64,000 nt of DNA. Origin: Patescibacteria group bacterium (GTDB lineage: Bacteria; Patescibacteriota; Microgenomatia; Curtissbacterales; GWA2-41-24). Under the pieces are notes generated by a model, which saw only the letters and a list, made by a program, of their open reading frames with translations, ran no database searches and had not been told where the DNA came from. The stretch spans positions 1,595 to 65,594 of the forward strand of contig JBBTUN010000012.1 in assembly GCA_038063735.1 (NCBI GenBank). Direction: 5' to 3'. Both the position numbers and the translations under genes were made by a program. Shown piece after piece: positions 20,109 to 29,570 of this stretch (its first letter is position 1; each line of letters starts with the position of its first letter).

Positions 20109-20510
20109 CTATTCATGATGTCTTCCAATCAGATGTTCAGTCGCGTGTGCAGTTAAAAAAAACACCTCATCATCTACCATCACATCATTCCGGCTTGCAC
20201 TAAGCAAGACTTCCGGCCAACATAAAATAATGTCACCGAGTCTTAATGTCTCGTCAGGAGCATTTATAAAACCTTTCTTTGTTTCCTGGGTAACTTCCTC
20301 CAGTGGAAATGCCAACACTTCGTGGTTTTTGTTGTCTTTTAAATATAGAGTGGTTAAATTTCTCATTTTCCTTCTACCTACAACTGCAACAGAAACCTCA
20401 ACCTCACCCTGTAAGATCTTATTCTTAACCAGCGTTTCGATAATAGCTTTTCTAACAACTTTGCGGTTAACCGGATACCTCGTATCAGAAAGGATGTCAA
20501 CTTGAACCAT
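20109..20510 (-). CDS. ybeY: rRNA maturation endoribonuclease YbeY
   Basis: Conserved H-x3-H-x5-H metal site 'HATEHLIGRHH'. 133 aa. Confidence 0.65.
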   Translation of the reverse strand: MVQVDILSDTRYPVNRKVVRKAIIETLVKNKILQGEVEVSVAVVGRRKMRNLTTLYLKDNKNHEVLAFPLEEVTQETKKGFINAPDETLRLGDIILCWPEVLLSASRNDVMVDDEVFFLTAHATEHLIGRHHE

Positions 20511-20958
20511 TTATCTGCTTGAGCCTGGCAGTAACGATCTCGGAAACGACACCCCCATCCACTCGACCCTTTAGTTTTCCCATGATAACACCCATGACTT
20601 GCCCCACATTTGCGTTTGCTGGCAAACTCATACTGGCAATAACCTCATCAACAACCTTTCTAACTTCATCCTCACCCATTTGGGCCGGTAAATACTTGGA
20701 CAGTATTGCAAACTCCTCCTTCTCGCGACTAGCCAAATCATCGCGGCCGGCTTTATCGTAAGCATCAATTGATTCTTTTCTTTGTTTAGCACTTTTAACA
20801 ATTACACCGGTAACTTCTTCATCGGATAGTTCCCGACCAAGCTCAATTTGCTTGTTTTTTACCTCAGACATCAACAACCGAAGAGTAGAAGTCTTTACTC
20901 CCTCATTCGCCTTCATAGCACCAACCATGTCATTTTTTATATCATCAACAATACTCAT
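20497..20958 (-). CDS. GatB/YqeY domain protein
   Basis: Sequence typical of the YqeY family ('TSTLRLLMSEVKNKQIE...', 'ILSKYLP'). Confidence 0.65.
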   Translation of the reverse strand: MSIVDDIKNDMVGAMKANEGVKTSTLRLLMSEVKNKQIELGRELSDEEVTGVIVKSAKQRKESIDAYDKAGRDDLASREKEEFAILSKYLPAQMGEDEVRKVVDEVIASMSLPANANVGQVMGVIMGKLKGRVDGGVVSEIVTARLKQINGSS

Positions 20959-21010
20959 ATAATTTCTAACTCTTACCTACACCCTAGACACTATCCTCCC
21001 ATCCCTGTCT

Positions 21011-21199
21011 TCAAAACTTACTTTTGATATATTTCTTCCTGGCCATTTGGATCTTTTGTTGCTTGCGAAGCGACGGTTTAAGGTAATGCTCGCGTTTTTT
21101 AATTTCGGTTAGTATTCCTTCACTTTGAACTTTTTTATTAAACTTCCTAATCAAAGATTCCACCGATTCCCCCGGTTGTGCCGTAACTTTAGTACCCAC
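21011..21199 (-). CDS. rpsU: 30S ribosomal protein S21
   Basis: 62 aa, basic. 'SVESLIRKFNKKVQSEGILTEIKKREHYLKPSLRKQ' matches S21. Confidence 0.85.
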   Translation of the reverse strand: MGTKVTAQPGESVESLIRKFNKKVQSEGILTEIKKREHYLKPSLRKQQKIQMARKKYIKSKF

Positions 21200-21288
21200 T
21201 TATAAAAACACCCCCTCACAAAAATAATTATCAATTTCCAAACCCCAAACTCCAAGTTTTGTCATTTGAGTTTTGTAATTGGTCATTC

Positions 21289-21681
21289 TCATAGCTTCTC
21301 CCACTCTACTTTCCCGCCTGCCAAAAGATGCATATGCAGGTGTGGCACGTGCTGCAATCTCCCGCCATTAAAAATAAGCCTAAATCCTTCTAACTTTCTT
21401 TCTTTTACTAAGTTCGCTGCTGCCTTGTGCATCGCGACAAGTTCCTTAGAATCTGCATCTTCTATTGTCAAAACCGAAGCTATATGCCTTTTTGGAATAA
21501 TCAAAATATGAACGTTGGCAATAGGATTAATATCGTCTATTGCCAAAACAAACTCACTTTGATAAATCGGTTTCGATTTAATTTCACCGGCGATAATCTT
21601 ACAAAAAATACAATCCTTTTCCATTATATACCTCGCCCGCAGCACTGCTTCCTTGGCTAAAAATTTCGCTTTTTTTATCAT
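21289..21681 (-). CDS. HIT-family (histidine triad) hydrolase
   Basis: 'HVPHLHMHLL' histidine triad and 'CIFCKII' N-terminus. True start is probably the internal M at about 21624. Confidence 0.8.
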   Translation of the reverse strand: MIKKAKFLAKEAVLRARYIMEKDCIFCKIIAGEIKSKPIYQSEFVLAIDDINPIANVHILIIPKRHIASVLTIEDADSKELVAMHKAAANLVKERKLEGFRLIFNGGRLQHVPHLHMHLLAGGKVEWEKL

Positions 21682-21785
21682 AAATCATAATTAATTTTAA
21701 ATTTATAATTCTAAATTTCAAATTAAATCTTAATTTTTAAAATTAAAACATTAAAAATTCATTAAAAATTAAAAACTTAAAATTT

Positions 21786-22631
21786 CTAAGCTTTTTCTAA
21801 AATTGCCACTATTTCTTCAATTGTCATTTTTGTAGGTTTCATATTTGGGTTTCTTGTCGACCCGTTCCGAAGAAGAACCCCGGACGCATGCAAAAACCAA
21901 TGCCCAACCTTATCTCCCTTGGTTATCAGCTCGTAGGCCTTTGTAAAGTCCACCTTGTGCGCGTTTGAACCCGTAACCCTTACATAACCTTCAGTGGGAT
22001 CCTTCCTTACAACAAGTGCGTAGCCACCTTTAATCGCAACGTCCATTACCCCGTCGTTTTTAGTATATACAGCCACACCCTCTCCCCATCTCGTTTTAAA
22101 CTTTAAACCTTTACTAACTTCTTTTTGCGCTTTAACCTTGGATTGCATGATCAGGTACACTCCATCAAGTGAATCCGAAACCCAACTTATATACTTTTCA
22201 TTATCCCTGGCAAAAGCCATTTTCAGGCCCGACAAAACATTATGCAGAGAAAATTCCCACCTGTCGCTAGCTGGTTCCGGCCACTTGTAACTGTCCCAAC
22301 CATGATCCAGTTCGGTAATTACCTGAATCATACGCGAAAGCGCCTCGCTGTCCGCCTTTATATATCCTTCATTCAGCAAATATTCATAAACCAGCTTCGC
22401 GCCACAGGTAAAATCGTTTGTATGATGATGGTCAAAACGCCCCCCACCAACGTCTACATGCACAACATCGTCATTGGAATCCACGGGTTCATTGTTATAA
22501 GTATTGTCACCCGCAGGAACAAGTTCTACGCGCGCGTTTTTAAAATCTGGATGAAACTTTTTTAGAAGCCAAATCGCCGGAATACCATCAAAATCCGGAG
22601 AGATATGCGTAACAATTATCTTTTGCGACAT
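21786..22631 (-). CDS. DHH-family phosphoesterase (NrnA/nanoRNase-like)
   Basis: 'HISPDFDG' and 'GGGRFDHH' DHH motifs. Confidence 0.6.
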   Translation of the reverse strand: MSQKIIVTHISPDFDGIPAIWLLKKFHPDFKNARVELVPAGDNTYNNEPVDSNDDVVHVDVGGGRFDHHHTNDFTCGAKLVYEYLLNEGYIKADSEALSRMIQVITELDHGWDSYKWPEPASDRWEFSLHNVLSGLKMAFARDNEKYISWVSDSLDGVYLIMQSKVKAQKEVSKGLKFKTRWGEGVAVYTKNDGVMDVAIKGGYALVVRKDPTEGYVRVTGSNAHKVDFTKAYELITKGDKVGHWFLHASGVLLRNGSTRNPNMKPTKMTIEEIVAILEKA

Positions 22632-22725
22632 TAATCATTGGTTTACAAAATAACCTAAAAACACTTCCTTTCTATTGAAGTTTGATCTTACATTCTAACT
22701 TTTTAAACCGCTTTTGGCAAGAAAA

Positions 22726-22992
22726 TCAATAAGTAGTAGAAGTTCTTCTGATTATAGATGTAATTGTCACCAATTTAAGTTCAACAAAATAGAAAATTCT
22801 AAAACTCCCAACACGCAACCTGTAACCCTCAGTTAATTTCTTAATATGTTTCCCGTCTGCAATATGTGGAGATACCGACAATAAATCTTCAATATTTTTT
22901 AGGATCTTACTCTGAACGCCCGATGGAACTTCTCGCAGTTGTTTTAGAGCAGTTTTCTTAAAAACTACCTTAAACTTTTCCGCTTTTAACAT
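22726..22992 (-). CDS. type II toxin, RelE/ParE family
   Basis: 88 aa, basic. Overlaps and lies downstream of an antitoxin-like gene. RelE-like 'GYRLRVGSFRIFY'. Confidence 0.55.
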   Translation of the reverse strand: MLKAEKFKVVFKKTALKQLREVPSGVQSKILKNIEDLLSVSPHIADGKHIKKLTEGYRLRVGSFRIFYFVELKLVTITSIIRRTSTTY

Positions 22993-23233
22993 CGTCTAAA
23001 GAATAAACTTTTTCACTTTTTGTGGCTTTTTTGGATCTGGACATCTCCAACTCTTCCCATAAGGATTCGTTTTCGTCAATCATAGATTGAAAATAGCCAG
23101 GAGAAACTATAACAGAAAGCTGATCGCTATTGCGGGTAACTACAACCACTTCGTCTTTCGCCTTTACAGTATCAAAAATCTGCTTTGCATTTTTACGGAT
23201 ATCACTAACGCTTTTAATATTAACAGTTTGCAT
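22970..23233 (-). CDS. type II antitoxin, Phd/YefM family
   Basis: 87 aa. 'NIKSVSDIRKNAKQIFDTVKAKDEVVVVTRN' is a typical YefM N-terminus. 23-nt overlap with the toxin gene. Confidence 0.55.
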   Translation of the reverse strand: MQTVNIKSVSDIRKNAKQIFDTVKAKDEVVVVTRNSDQLSVIVSPGYFQSMIDENESLWEELEMSRSKKATKSEKVYSLDDVKSGKV

Positions 23234-23298
23234 AACAAATTTAGTATATAATTTATCTACATATTTGTCAACAAATTTCGACCCTCAATTCCATCTTT

Positions 23299-24084
23299 TT
23301 ATTGGGTACTTGGCAAGGAAGCCTCTCTTGGAACGAGTGAGACAAGATTTCTCCATTTTGGATCACCAGAGTGGTTTCTAGCAAACACCCTCGCATCTCT
23401 TTCTATTGGATCAATAAAATCATTCGCCACGACACCCGAGATTGCGCCAATAGCAGCAGCTGTTATCGTCAAAACACCTCCCCAATAGTTAAATCCATAC
23501 CGATAGTTCTCAACAACTACGTAAGCGGACAATCCAATTGAACTAACACCCAACATTGCCAGCCTCCTGTGCATTCTCTTCGAAAAAGACTCTTTAGATT
23601 CGGCCGCATGACAAATTTCGTGATGTAAAGTATGGTTGGCAATTCTATTGGCACCATTAAGTATCAGTTTTCTGGCAAACACAGTTCCCCGAGGTCCCTC
23701 CACATTTTGCAGATAATTCTCCAGCCTTTTTGTGTAAAGCAAACGTTTAAACTGTTTTTTTGGTTTGATCTGTCCAGAATGGATTTGTTCAGCAACCTTC
23801 CCGTACTTTGTCGCAGCCTGCAACACTGCACCTATGTTTAATATTATCGTCCTCTCATCACGCGAATATCTTCCACAGACACCACCCCCATCCGAGACAA
23901 TCAGCTTATGCTTATCTATCTCTTCACTGTCTAGACCGACTTCGCTAAGGACTCGACCAACCCTATCACTATCAACAACCACCTCGTACGGCAACGATTC
24001 CCAATCGACTTTCGGCGCAAAGTCAACCCGGAATTTCCTTCTTTCTTTGTTAAGCGAGCTAGCAAAACTTCCAGTTTCAACCAT
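23299..24084 (-). CDS. hypothetical HExxH-motif protein with C-terminal TM (putative Zn metallohydrolase, DUF45/WLM-like)
   Basis: 'NHTLHHEICHAAES' HExxH motif. C-terminal hydrophobic helix. Confidence 0.3.
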   Translation of the reverse strand: MVETGSFASSLNKERRKFRVDFAPKVDWESLPYEVVVDSDRVGRVLSEVGLDSEEIDKHKLIVSDGGGVCGRYSRDERTIILNIGAVLQAATKYGKVAEQIHSGQIKPKKQFKRLLYTKRLENYLQNVEGPRGTVFARKLILNGANRIANHTLHHEICHAAESKESFSKRMHRRLAMLGVSSIGLSAYVVVENYRYGFNYWGGVLTITAAAIGAISGVVANDFIDPIERDARVFARNHSGDPKWRNLVSLVPREASLPSTQ

Positions 24085-24128
24085 TGTTATTAAGTATAAT
24101 GTGGCAGAATAAACAAACTAAAATATAA

Positions 24129-25280
24129 TCAGGAGGCAGCAATCGTTTTTTTAACCAAATCCAATGTTTTTGCCTGAAAAATAGAAACTGCCAGGTACCG
24201 TTCCATATCTACTTTTTGCTCCGGCGTTAAATCCGTCTGGTTCACACCTTTTCCGGCATTTTCTACTTCCTCACGGCTAACTTCAATTTTTGCACCTGTT
24301 CCGATTTCGTCCAAAATCAATGTCGCTTTAACATTCTTCTCGGCCTGTACTCTCCACTTTGCCCGCAGCGCATCAACAGTCGTATTTTCATCCCTCAAAA
24401 AATCCTCCAGTTTTTTACCACTCGATTCTACCTGTTGGTTCAAACGCACCATAATCCGGTTTATCTCGTCATCAACCATTATGTCCGGCACATCAACCTC
24501 GCCAATCTTAGCAAGCTCCTCAAAAATTTCTTCTTCAAATTTAGCCTCTACCTGGTCCGTAACCAGTGTCTCCAAATCTTTTCGAACCAATTCCTTCAGG
24601 TGCAAAAGATCCCTTGCCCCTATTGCTTTGGCAAATTCGTCGTCAATTTTCCCCTCAGACTTCTTCTCGTCAACCTTATTCTCATCTTTAAGAAAAATCT
24701 TCTCACCATGCGCATCATAAATAAACTTTCCTTGCCCTTCCGTAGCTTTAGCGAAGGAGGGTTTACCTGCTTCCTCTTCTTCATTTGATACATTTGATAC
24801 TTTTGACTCGTTCGAAACCTTTTGCTTAACCCATGCCTCATAAATATTTTTAATGGACTGTGTAACATCTTCTTCCGTTACCTCTTTGGCTTTAATTTTT
24901 TTAACCTTCATTGCTTTCCAGTCTCCAAGTTTTACTTTTGATCTTTCTGTTAAAGTTGCCACAAAAGAAAAAGGTGCACTCTTTGACAAAGAATCCACAG
25001 CAACCTTGGGTTTTGTAATGGGAATAATATTTTCTTTGTCAAATATATCGGAAAGATGTTGGGAAACCAAAAAATTAGCTGCCTCGTTTAAGATTTTGGT
25101 TGCCCCAAGTTTGTCCTCGACCATAGTAATCGGAACATTGCCGGGCCTAAAACCATCTATTTTGACATCTTTGCCAAGCTCAGTAAGCGCATGCTCGTAA
25201 GCCTTATCAAAATCCGCCTTCGAAACATCGACTTTAACCTCAACCTTCCCTTTTTCGCCACGGGTAATTGTGTGCTGCAT
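24129..25280 (-). CDS. tig: trigger factor
   Basis: N-terminal ribosome-binding domain 'GFRPGNVP' motif, about 383 aa. Contains a repeat-derived 'SKVSNVSNEEEE' insert. Confidence 0.85.
   Translation of the reverse strand: MQHTITRGEKGKVEVKVDVSKADFDKAYEHALTELGKDVKIDGFRPGNVPITMVEDKLGATKILNEAANFLVSQHLSDIFDKENIIPITKPKVAVDSLSKSAPFSFVATLTERSKVKLGDWKAMKVKKIKAKEVTEEDVTQSIKNIYEAWVKQKVSNESKVSNVSNEEEEAGKPSFAKATEGQGKFIYDAHGEKIFLKDENKVDEKKSEGKIDDEFAKAIGARDLLHLKELVRKDLETLVTDQVEAKFEEEIFEELAKIGEVDVPDIMVDDEINRIMVRLNQQVESSGKKLEDFLRDENTTVDALRAKWRVQAEKNVKATLILDEIGTGAKIEVSREEVENAGKGVNQTDLTPEQKVDMERYLAVSIFQAKTLDLVKKTIAAS
24781..24815 (-). repeat. family 1 copy, in frame in tig
   Basis: 'tttgatacatttgatacttttgactc'. 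Encodes SKVSNVSNEE. Confidence 0.6.
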
Positions 25281-25292
25281 ATCAAATGGAAA

Positions 25293-26570
25293 TTATACAG
25301 TTTTTTGGCTATATTTTCTATAATCTTTAAGAAGACAGTTTTCTACAGCAGATTTAAAATTCAGTATTTCGCTTTTATCGCTTCCCCTCATTTTAAATTC
25401 AACATTCCCCTTGCCAGCTTTTCCAGAGACAACCAATCTCACAGGAATCCCAATTAAATCCGCATCCGCAAATTTTTCTCCAACCGAAACATCCTGCCGG
25501 TCATCCCATAAAATATCTTCTTTGCCTAATCCATTTTTGGCACAAACCTCAAAAAAATCTCTTGCCAAACCTTCGTCATCACCAATCTGCACCAAATGAG
25601 CTTTAAAAGGCGATACCGCAGCCGGCCAGATTATTCCTCGCTCATCATGAAAAACTTCCACCAAAGTTCCGACAAGTCGCGTCACACCAATCCCGTAACT
25701 TCCAAGATATGCAAATTGCCTTTTTCCTGCTTTGTCCGCATAGCTCACATTCATTTTTTCGCTGTAAACCGTTCCAAAACGAAAGATGTTACCAACCTCT
25801 ATTGATTTGCTCTCACTTATCTTGCCTTTTTTGCATTTTGGGCACGTTTCGCCATCCCCAACTTTGGCGATCTCCTTATTTTGGGCAAAATCGCAAGCAT
25901 CACACCAGTAAATCGTATCCTCACCGGCTTGGGAAAAAACCTGGAATTCATGAGTGTTTTCTTTTGTAAAAACCCCGCCTGCAGCCTCAACTATTTTCGC
26001 ATCCAGCCCAATTCGCTTAAAAACCTTAAGATAACTATCCGCAACCTCCCAATAATATTTATTTAGATCATCCTGTGAAGTGTGGACACTATACAAATCT
26101 TTCATCAAAAATTCCCTCCCACGCAAAAGTCCAGATTTTGCACGCAATTCATTTCTAAATTTAGTGGAAAAGTGGTAAAGCTTAATAGGAAAATCGCGAT
26201 ATGTGCTTATATGTTTGCGGACCAGATCTAAAAGTATTTCTTCATGCGTAAACGAAAGCGCATATTCACGATCGTCCTTTTTAAACTGATACATGACATC
26301 TTTAGCGCTTTTCCATCTTCCTGTTTCATTCCAAACACTTTTAGGGTGCATAAGCGGCATCAAAATTTCCTGTGCGCCCGTTACGTCCATTTCCTCACGA
26401 ATAATTTGTTCTATTTTAGAAACCACCCGAAACCCGAGCGGTGCAAGCGTATAAGACCCAGCCATTAATTTATCAACAAAACCGCCCTGCAAGAGTAATC
26501 TCGCGTTTACAGAAGTTTCATCTTTTGGGGTTTGCTTGGTTGTTTTGGAAAATAGTTGCGAGAGTCTCAC
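25293..26570 (-). CDS. proS: proline--tRNA ligase (bacterial type, lacking the INS editing domain)
   Basis: N-terminus 'MRLSQLFSKTTKQTPKDE...LLLQGGF' aligns with bacterial ProRS. Class II motifs and a Zn-ribbon 'CDACDF...CPKCKKG' are present. Only 425 aa. Confidence 0.85.
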   Translation of the reverse strand: MRLSQLFSKTTKQTPKDETSVNARLLLQGGFVDKLMAGSYTLAPLGFRVVSKIEQIIREEMDVTGAQEILMPLMHPKSVWNETGRWKSAKDVMYQFKKDDREYALSFTHEEILLDLVRKHISTYRDFPIKLYHFSTKFRNELRAKSGLLRGREFLMKDLYSVHTSQDDLNKYYWEVADSYLKVFKRIGLDAKIVEAAGGVFTKENTHEFQVFSQAGEDTIYWCDACDFAQNKEIAKVGDGETCPKCKKGKISESKSIEVGNIFRFGTVYSEKMNVSYADKAGKRQFAYLGSYGIGVTRLVGTLVEVFHDERGIIWPAAVSPFKAHLVQIGDDEGLARDFFEVCAKNGLGKEDILWDDRQDVSVGEKFADADLIGIPVRLVVSGKAGKGNVEFKMRGSDKSEILNFKSAVENCLLKDYRKYSQKTV

Positions 26571-26943
26571 AAAAAAAGTATATCAGAACCTACCTCGCTA
26601 TGGCGAGAGCATCAAATTCAACTCTCGTCGATCTATTTTTTCACAATCTAATCTTACCCCCATTACGAGCGAGCGTTAAATCCATCCTGAACAAAAATCA
26701 TTGGGAAGCTGGTACTGACACTACAACGTAGAAGAATACCAGAGGGTTCCCGGATTTTTGTGAAGACAGATGGATAGCAAGCGAAGTCTGGGGTGCCCTT
26801 TCTTGGTTCCGTTCTTTGGGCACGCAAAGAATGGAACAAAAAAATACTTTTCTTAAAACTGCTTGTGAATTAATCCTAAAATATCGTTTAGATAATGGAG
26901 CAATTACAAAACAAAGATTATTGTAATTTGTGTAATTATCGCA

Positions 26944-26984
26944 ACGATATATTAAAACTGTTTATTGATAAGTTTTAATATATC
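26944..26984 (-). terminator. perfect 14-bp inverted repeat overlapping the rseP stop codon (possible terminator or attenuator)
   Basis: CGATATATTAAAAC-n13-GTTTTAATATATCG. On the minus strand it is followed by moderately U-rich sequence. Confidence 0.3.
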
Positions 26985-28070
26985 GTTATACGTAACCAAA
27001 AGTATCAACCCAATTAACACCACAAACCCCACAGTGTGCACCCATTTTTCAAAAGTTGCATGAACCTTCCGGCGGGTTACAGCTTCTACAATTATAAAGA
27101 AAAAACGGCCTCCGTCCAGCGCAGGAATAGGCAAAATATTTAAAAACGCCAAATTAAGAGACAAAAGCCCGACAAGCTGCAAAACAGATATGGGCCCCAG
27201 AGCAACTGCCTCCTGCGTAATCTTGGCTATACCAACGGGTCCGGAAACCCCCTGAGAAACAGCCGTAAAATCGTTATTTTTAATAGAAAAACCAACCAGT
27301 TGCCGCATAACATCCAAAGAATAATCTACTGTATTGTAACTATGAATAAAGCCGGAAAATACTTTTTGTGCCGGAGTATCGTAATTAAGAACTACTAACT
27401 CCCCAAGTCCAATCCCAAGCGCCGGCACGCCCAGCTTTTCGTTATAAGTAGGCGTTGCTTTTATATTCTTAAGTTGGTTGTTAACCGGGTTTTCTACCGT
27501 AAGGGACAATTCTTTGCCCTCCGAAGCCCTCACAATGCCCTGCAGATCCGAGATAGACGAAATTTTTACCCCGTTAATTTCAATAATGGAATCCCCCTGC
27601 TTGATTCCGGAAGAAAATGCCGGTGAGTTATCATTAACATCTCCAACCAACACTTGCCTCGTCTCGTTTACAAACTTAAACTTGTGCTCAACAATTAGCG
27701 GCAAATTAACTTTAAAACCCAAAGCAATTACAACTATATAAAAAACGGCAACAGCAAGAGCAAAATTCATAAAAACGCCGGCAACCACAACAAGCGTTCT
27801 TTCCCAAATAGACTTTGAGTAGAAACTGTTCTTTTCTTGCCTCCTCTTGTCGGTTGGATCCTCACCTACTAAACGCACAAAACCGCCAAATGGCAGCCAG
27901 TTTACAGAATAAATAGTTCCACTAATTTTTTTACCCCAAATTCTTGGAGGCAGGCCAAAACCAAACTCCTCAACACCAATACCGGCCCTTTTGGCCATAA
28001 TAAAATGCCCAAATTCATGGATCATAACCAAAACCGAAAGAATTACTATGAAAATGATTACAGCCAGCAT
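26952..28070 (-). CDS. rseP: RIP zinc metalloprotease RseP (site-2 protease, M50 with PDZ)
   Basis: 'HEFGHFIMAKRAG' HExxH in TM1, PDZ region, 'LNLAFLNILPIPALDGG' LDG motif. Confidence 0.85.
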   Translation of the reverse strand: MLAVIIFIVILSVLVMIHEFGHFIMAKRAGIGVEEFGFGLPPRIWGKKISGTIYSVNWLPFGGFVRLVGEDPTDKRRQEKNSFYSKSIWERTLVVVAGVFMNFALAVAVFYIVVIALGFKVNLPLIVEHKFKFVNETRQVLVGDVNDNSPAFSSGIKQGDSIIEINGVKISSISDLQGIVRASEGKELSLTVENPVNNQLKNIKATPTYNEKLGVPALGIGLGELVVLNYDTPAQKVFSGFIHSYNTVDYSLDVMRQLVGFSIKNNDFTAVSQGVSGPVGIAKITQEAVALGPISVLQLVGLLSLNLAFLNILPIPALDGGRFFFIIVEAVTRRKVHATFEKWVHTVGFVVLIGLILLVTYNDILKLINKQF

Positions 28071-28118
28071 AACTTCAAATCTTACCAGTATTACTTATAA
28101 ATTGGAAATTTTGCGAGA

Positions 28119-28667
28119 TCAAATTTCCCTTAGCTGCTCTTCCTTATTTTTCCCGGCAACTTCGATCGCTTCAACATACTCGTCATGAAGTTTTTGAAGT
28201 TCTACTTCAAGCCTTTTTTCTTCATCCTCGGAAATATCCCCAGCTTCTTTCTGCGCCTTTAACAACTCCCGCTTTTCGTGCCTAACTTGCCTGATTTGCA
28301 CCTTATATTTCTCCAGAATCCCGTGCATTTGCTTAATGAATTCCTCACGTCTTTCGGCAGTTAGCGGCGGGATAACAATCCTAATAATGTCTCCGTCAGA
28401 GACCGCATTTAAGCCGACGTTAGATTTGGCAATACCTCCGACTATATTTGTAATAATTGCTTTGTCCCAAGGGGAAATAATAATAACATTTGCCTCCGGA
28501 GTAGTTACCTGCCCCAACTCCTTAACCATCATTTTGGAGTCATAAGCATCAACCATAATATCCGAAACCAAAGAAGAATTAGCCCGCCCTGTCCTGATTT
28601 GCGCAAGCTCACCCTTAAGGTGGGCAACTACATCCTGCATTTTTAGTTGTATGTCGGTAAGGGGCAT
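28119..28667 (-). CDS. frr: ribosome recycling factor
   Basis: 182 aa. 'LAQIRTGRANSSLVSDIMVDAYD...PPLTAERREEF' matches Frr. Confidence 0.9.
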   Translation of the reverse strand: MPLTDIQLKMQDVVAHLKGELAQIRTGRANSSLVSDIMVDAYDSKMMVKELGQVTTPEANVIIISPWDKAIITNIVGGIAKSNVGLNAVSDGDIIRIVIPPLTAERREEFIKQMHGILEKYKVQIRQVRHEKRELLKAQKEAGDISEDEEKRLEVELQKLHDEYVEAIEVAGKNKEEQLREI

Positions 28668-28700
28668 CGCCGGTGTATTATACTATACGGCCAAGATTTT

Positions 28701-29102
28701 CTAGGCCGTAACTTTCTTTCTAATGTTTCCTTTCTGGTCCTTGGCATAAGCAGACCCATTCCCTGTTAAAAATAACACAACATGCCCGCTATCTTTGTCA
28801 CCAGCTTTTAAAGAAGGAACCATTGCCTCTAAAATCCAAACAGCTTTACTGTAAACATCGTTATACACGTGAGCTCTATCAGTTTCTTCCACTTCGTCCC
28901 ACAGATTTGACCTCGCCTCAACACTATTTGCCGTTGAAATTTCCTTTAGAATATCTAATCTGAATTTGGCAAAATTAACAGCAACCCCGTCAACTTCCGA
29001 CAAATAAGTCAAACAATTTTCCAGGAATTTACGCTCCATCACAGCAAGTACTCCAATGTCCACTTCTGCTCCGGTTCTCCTTTTTTGCTCAACGAATCCC
29101 AA
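28701..29102 (-). CDS. hypothetical protein occupying the usual pyrH position between tsf and frr
   Basis: 133 aa with no UMP-kinase motifs; unrecognised family. Confidence 0.3.
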   Translation of the reverse strand: MGFVEQKRRTGAEVDIGVLAVMERKFLENCLTYLSEVDGVAVNFAKFRLDILKEISTANSVEARSNLWDEVEETDRAHVYNDVYSKAVWILEAMVPSLKAGDKDSGHVVLFLTGNGSAYAKDQKGNIRKKVTA

Positions 29103-29104
29103 AT

Positions 29105-29563
29105 TTAACTCCCAAGTTCAAACCTAACAAAACGTTTGATAACAATATTCTCCCCAACCTTTGCAATTGTTTCCTTGACAAGCTGCTCAACGTTTTTGCC
29201 AGAATCTCTAATGTATACCTGCTTTAAAAGCTCGCCAACATCTTTCGGGTTCATTGCACTAATCTGCATGGCAACTTCGTGTGAAAGATTTTTAAATTCA
29301 TCTGTTTTGGCAACAAAATCCGTCTCGCAGTTTATTTCCAAAATTACCCCAACCCGTCCGTTCCCGTGAATATACGTGTCAACCAGTCCTGCCTTAACTT
29401 CCCTGTCGGATTTGGTAGCAGCCTTTTCTATTCCCCAGCTTTTAACAAGTTCCTCCGCTCTTTTAAGATCCCCTTTTGCCTCCTCAAGCGCACGTCTGGA
29501 GTCCGCAATCCCAGCTCCGGTTTTTTCTCTTAATTTTTTAATGTCTTCAACACGTGCGTTCAT
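29105..29563 (-). CDS. tsf: elongation factor Ts (short form)
   Basis: UBA-like N-terminus 'IKKLREKTGAGIADSRRALEEAKGD' and 'VGVILEINCETDFVAK' core. 152 aa. Confidence 0.85.
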   Translation of the reverse strand: MNARVEDIKKLREKTGAGIADSRRALEEAKGDLKRAEELVKSWGIEKAATKSDREVKAGLVDTYIHGNGRVGVILEINCETDFVAKTDEFKNLSHEVAMQISAMNPKDVGELLKQVYIRDSGKNVEQLVKETIAKVGENIVIKRFVRFELGS

Positions 29564-29570
29564 GTGAATT

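Noticed and set aside
21682-21785. Replication origin in the AT-rich spacer
   Set aside because: No DnaA-box-like 9-mers, and no dnaA or dnaN nearby.
26571-26951. T-box leader upstream of proS
   Set aside because: The T-box consensus (AAUUAGGGUGGNACCGCG) is not found on the proS strand.
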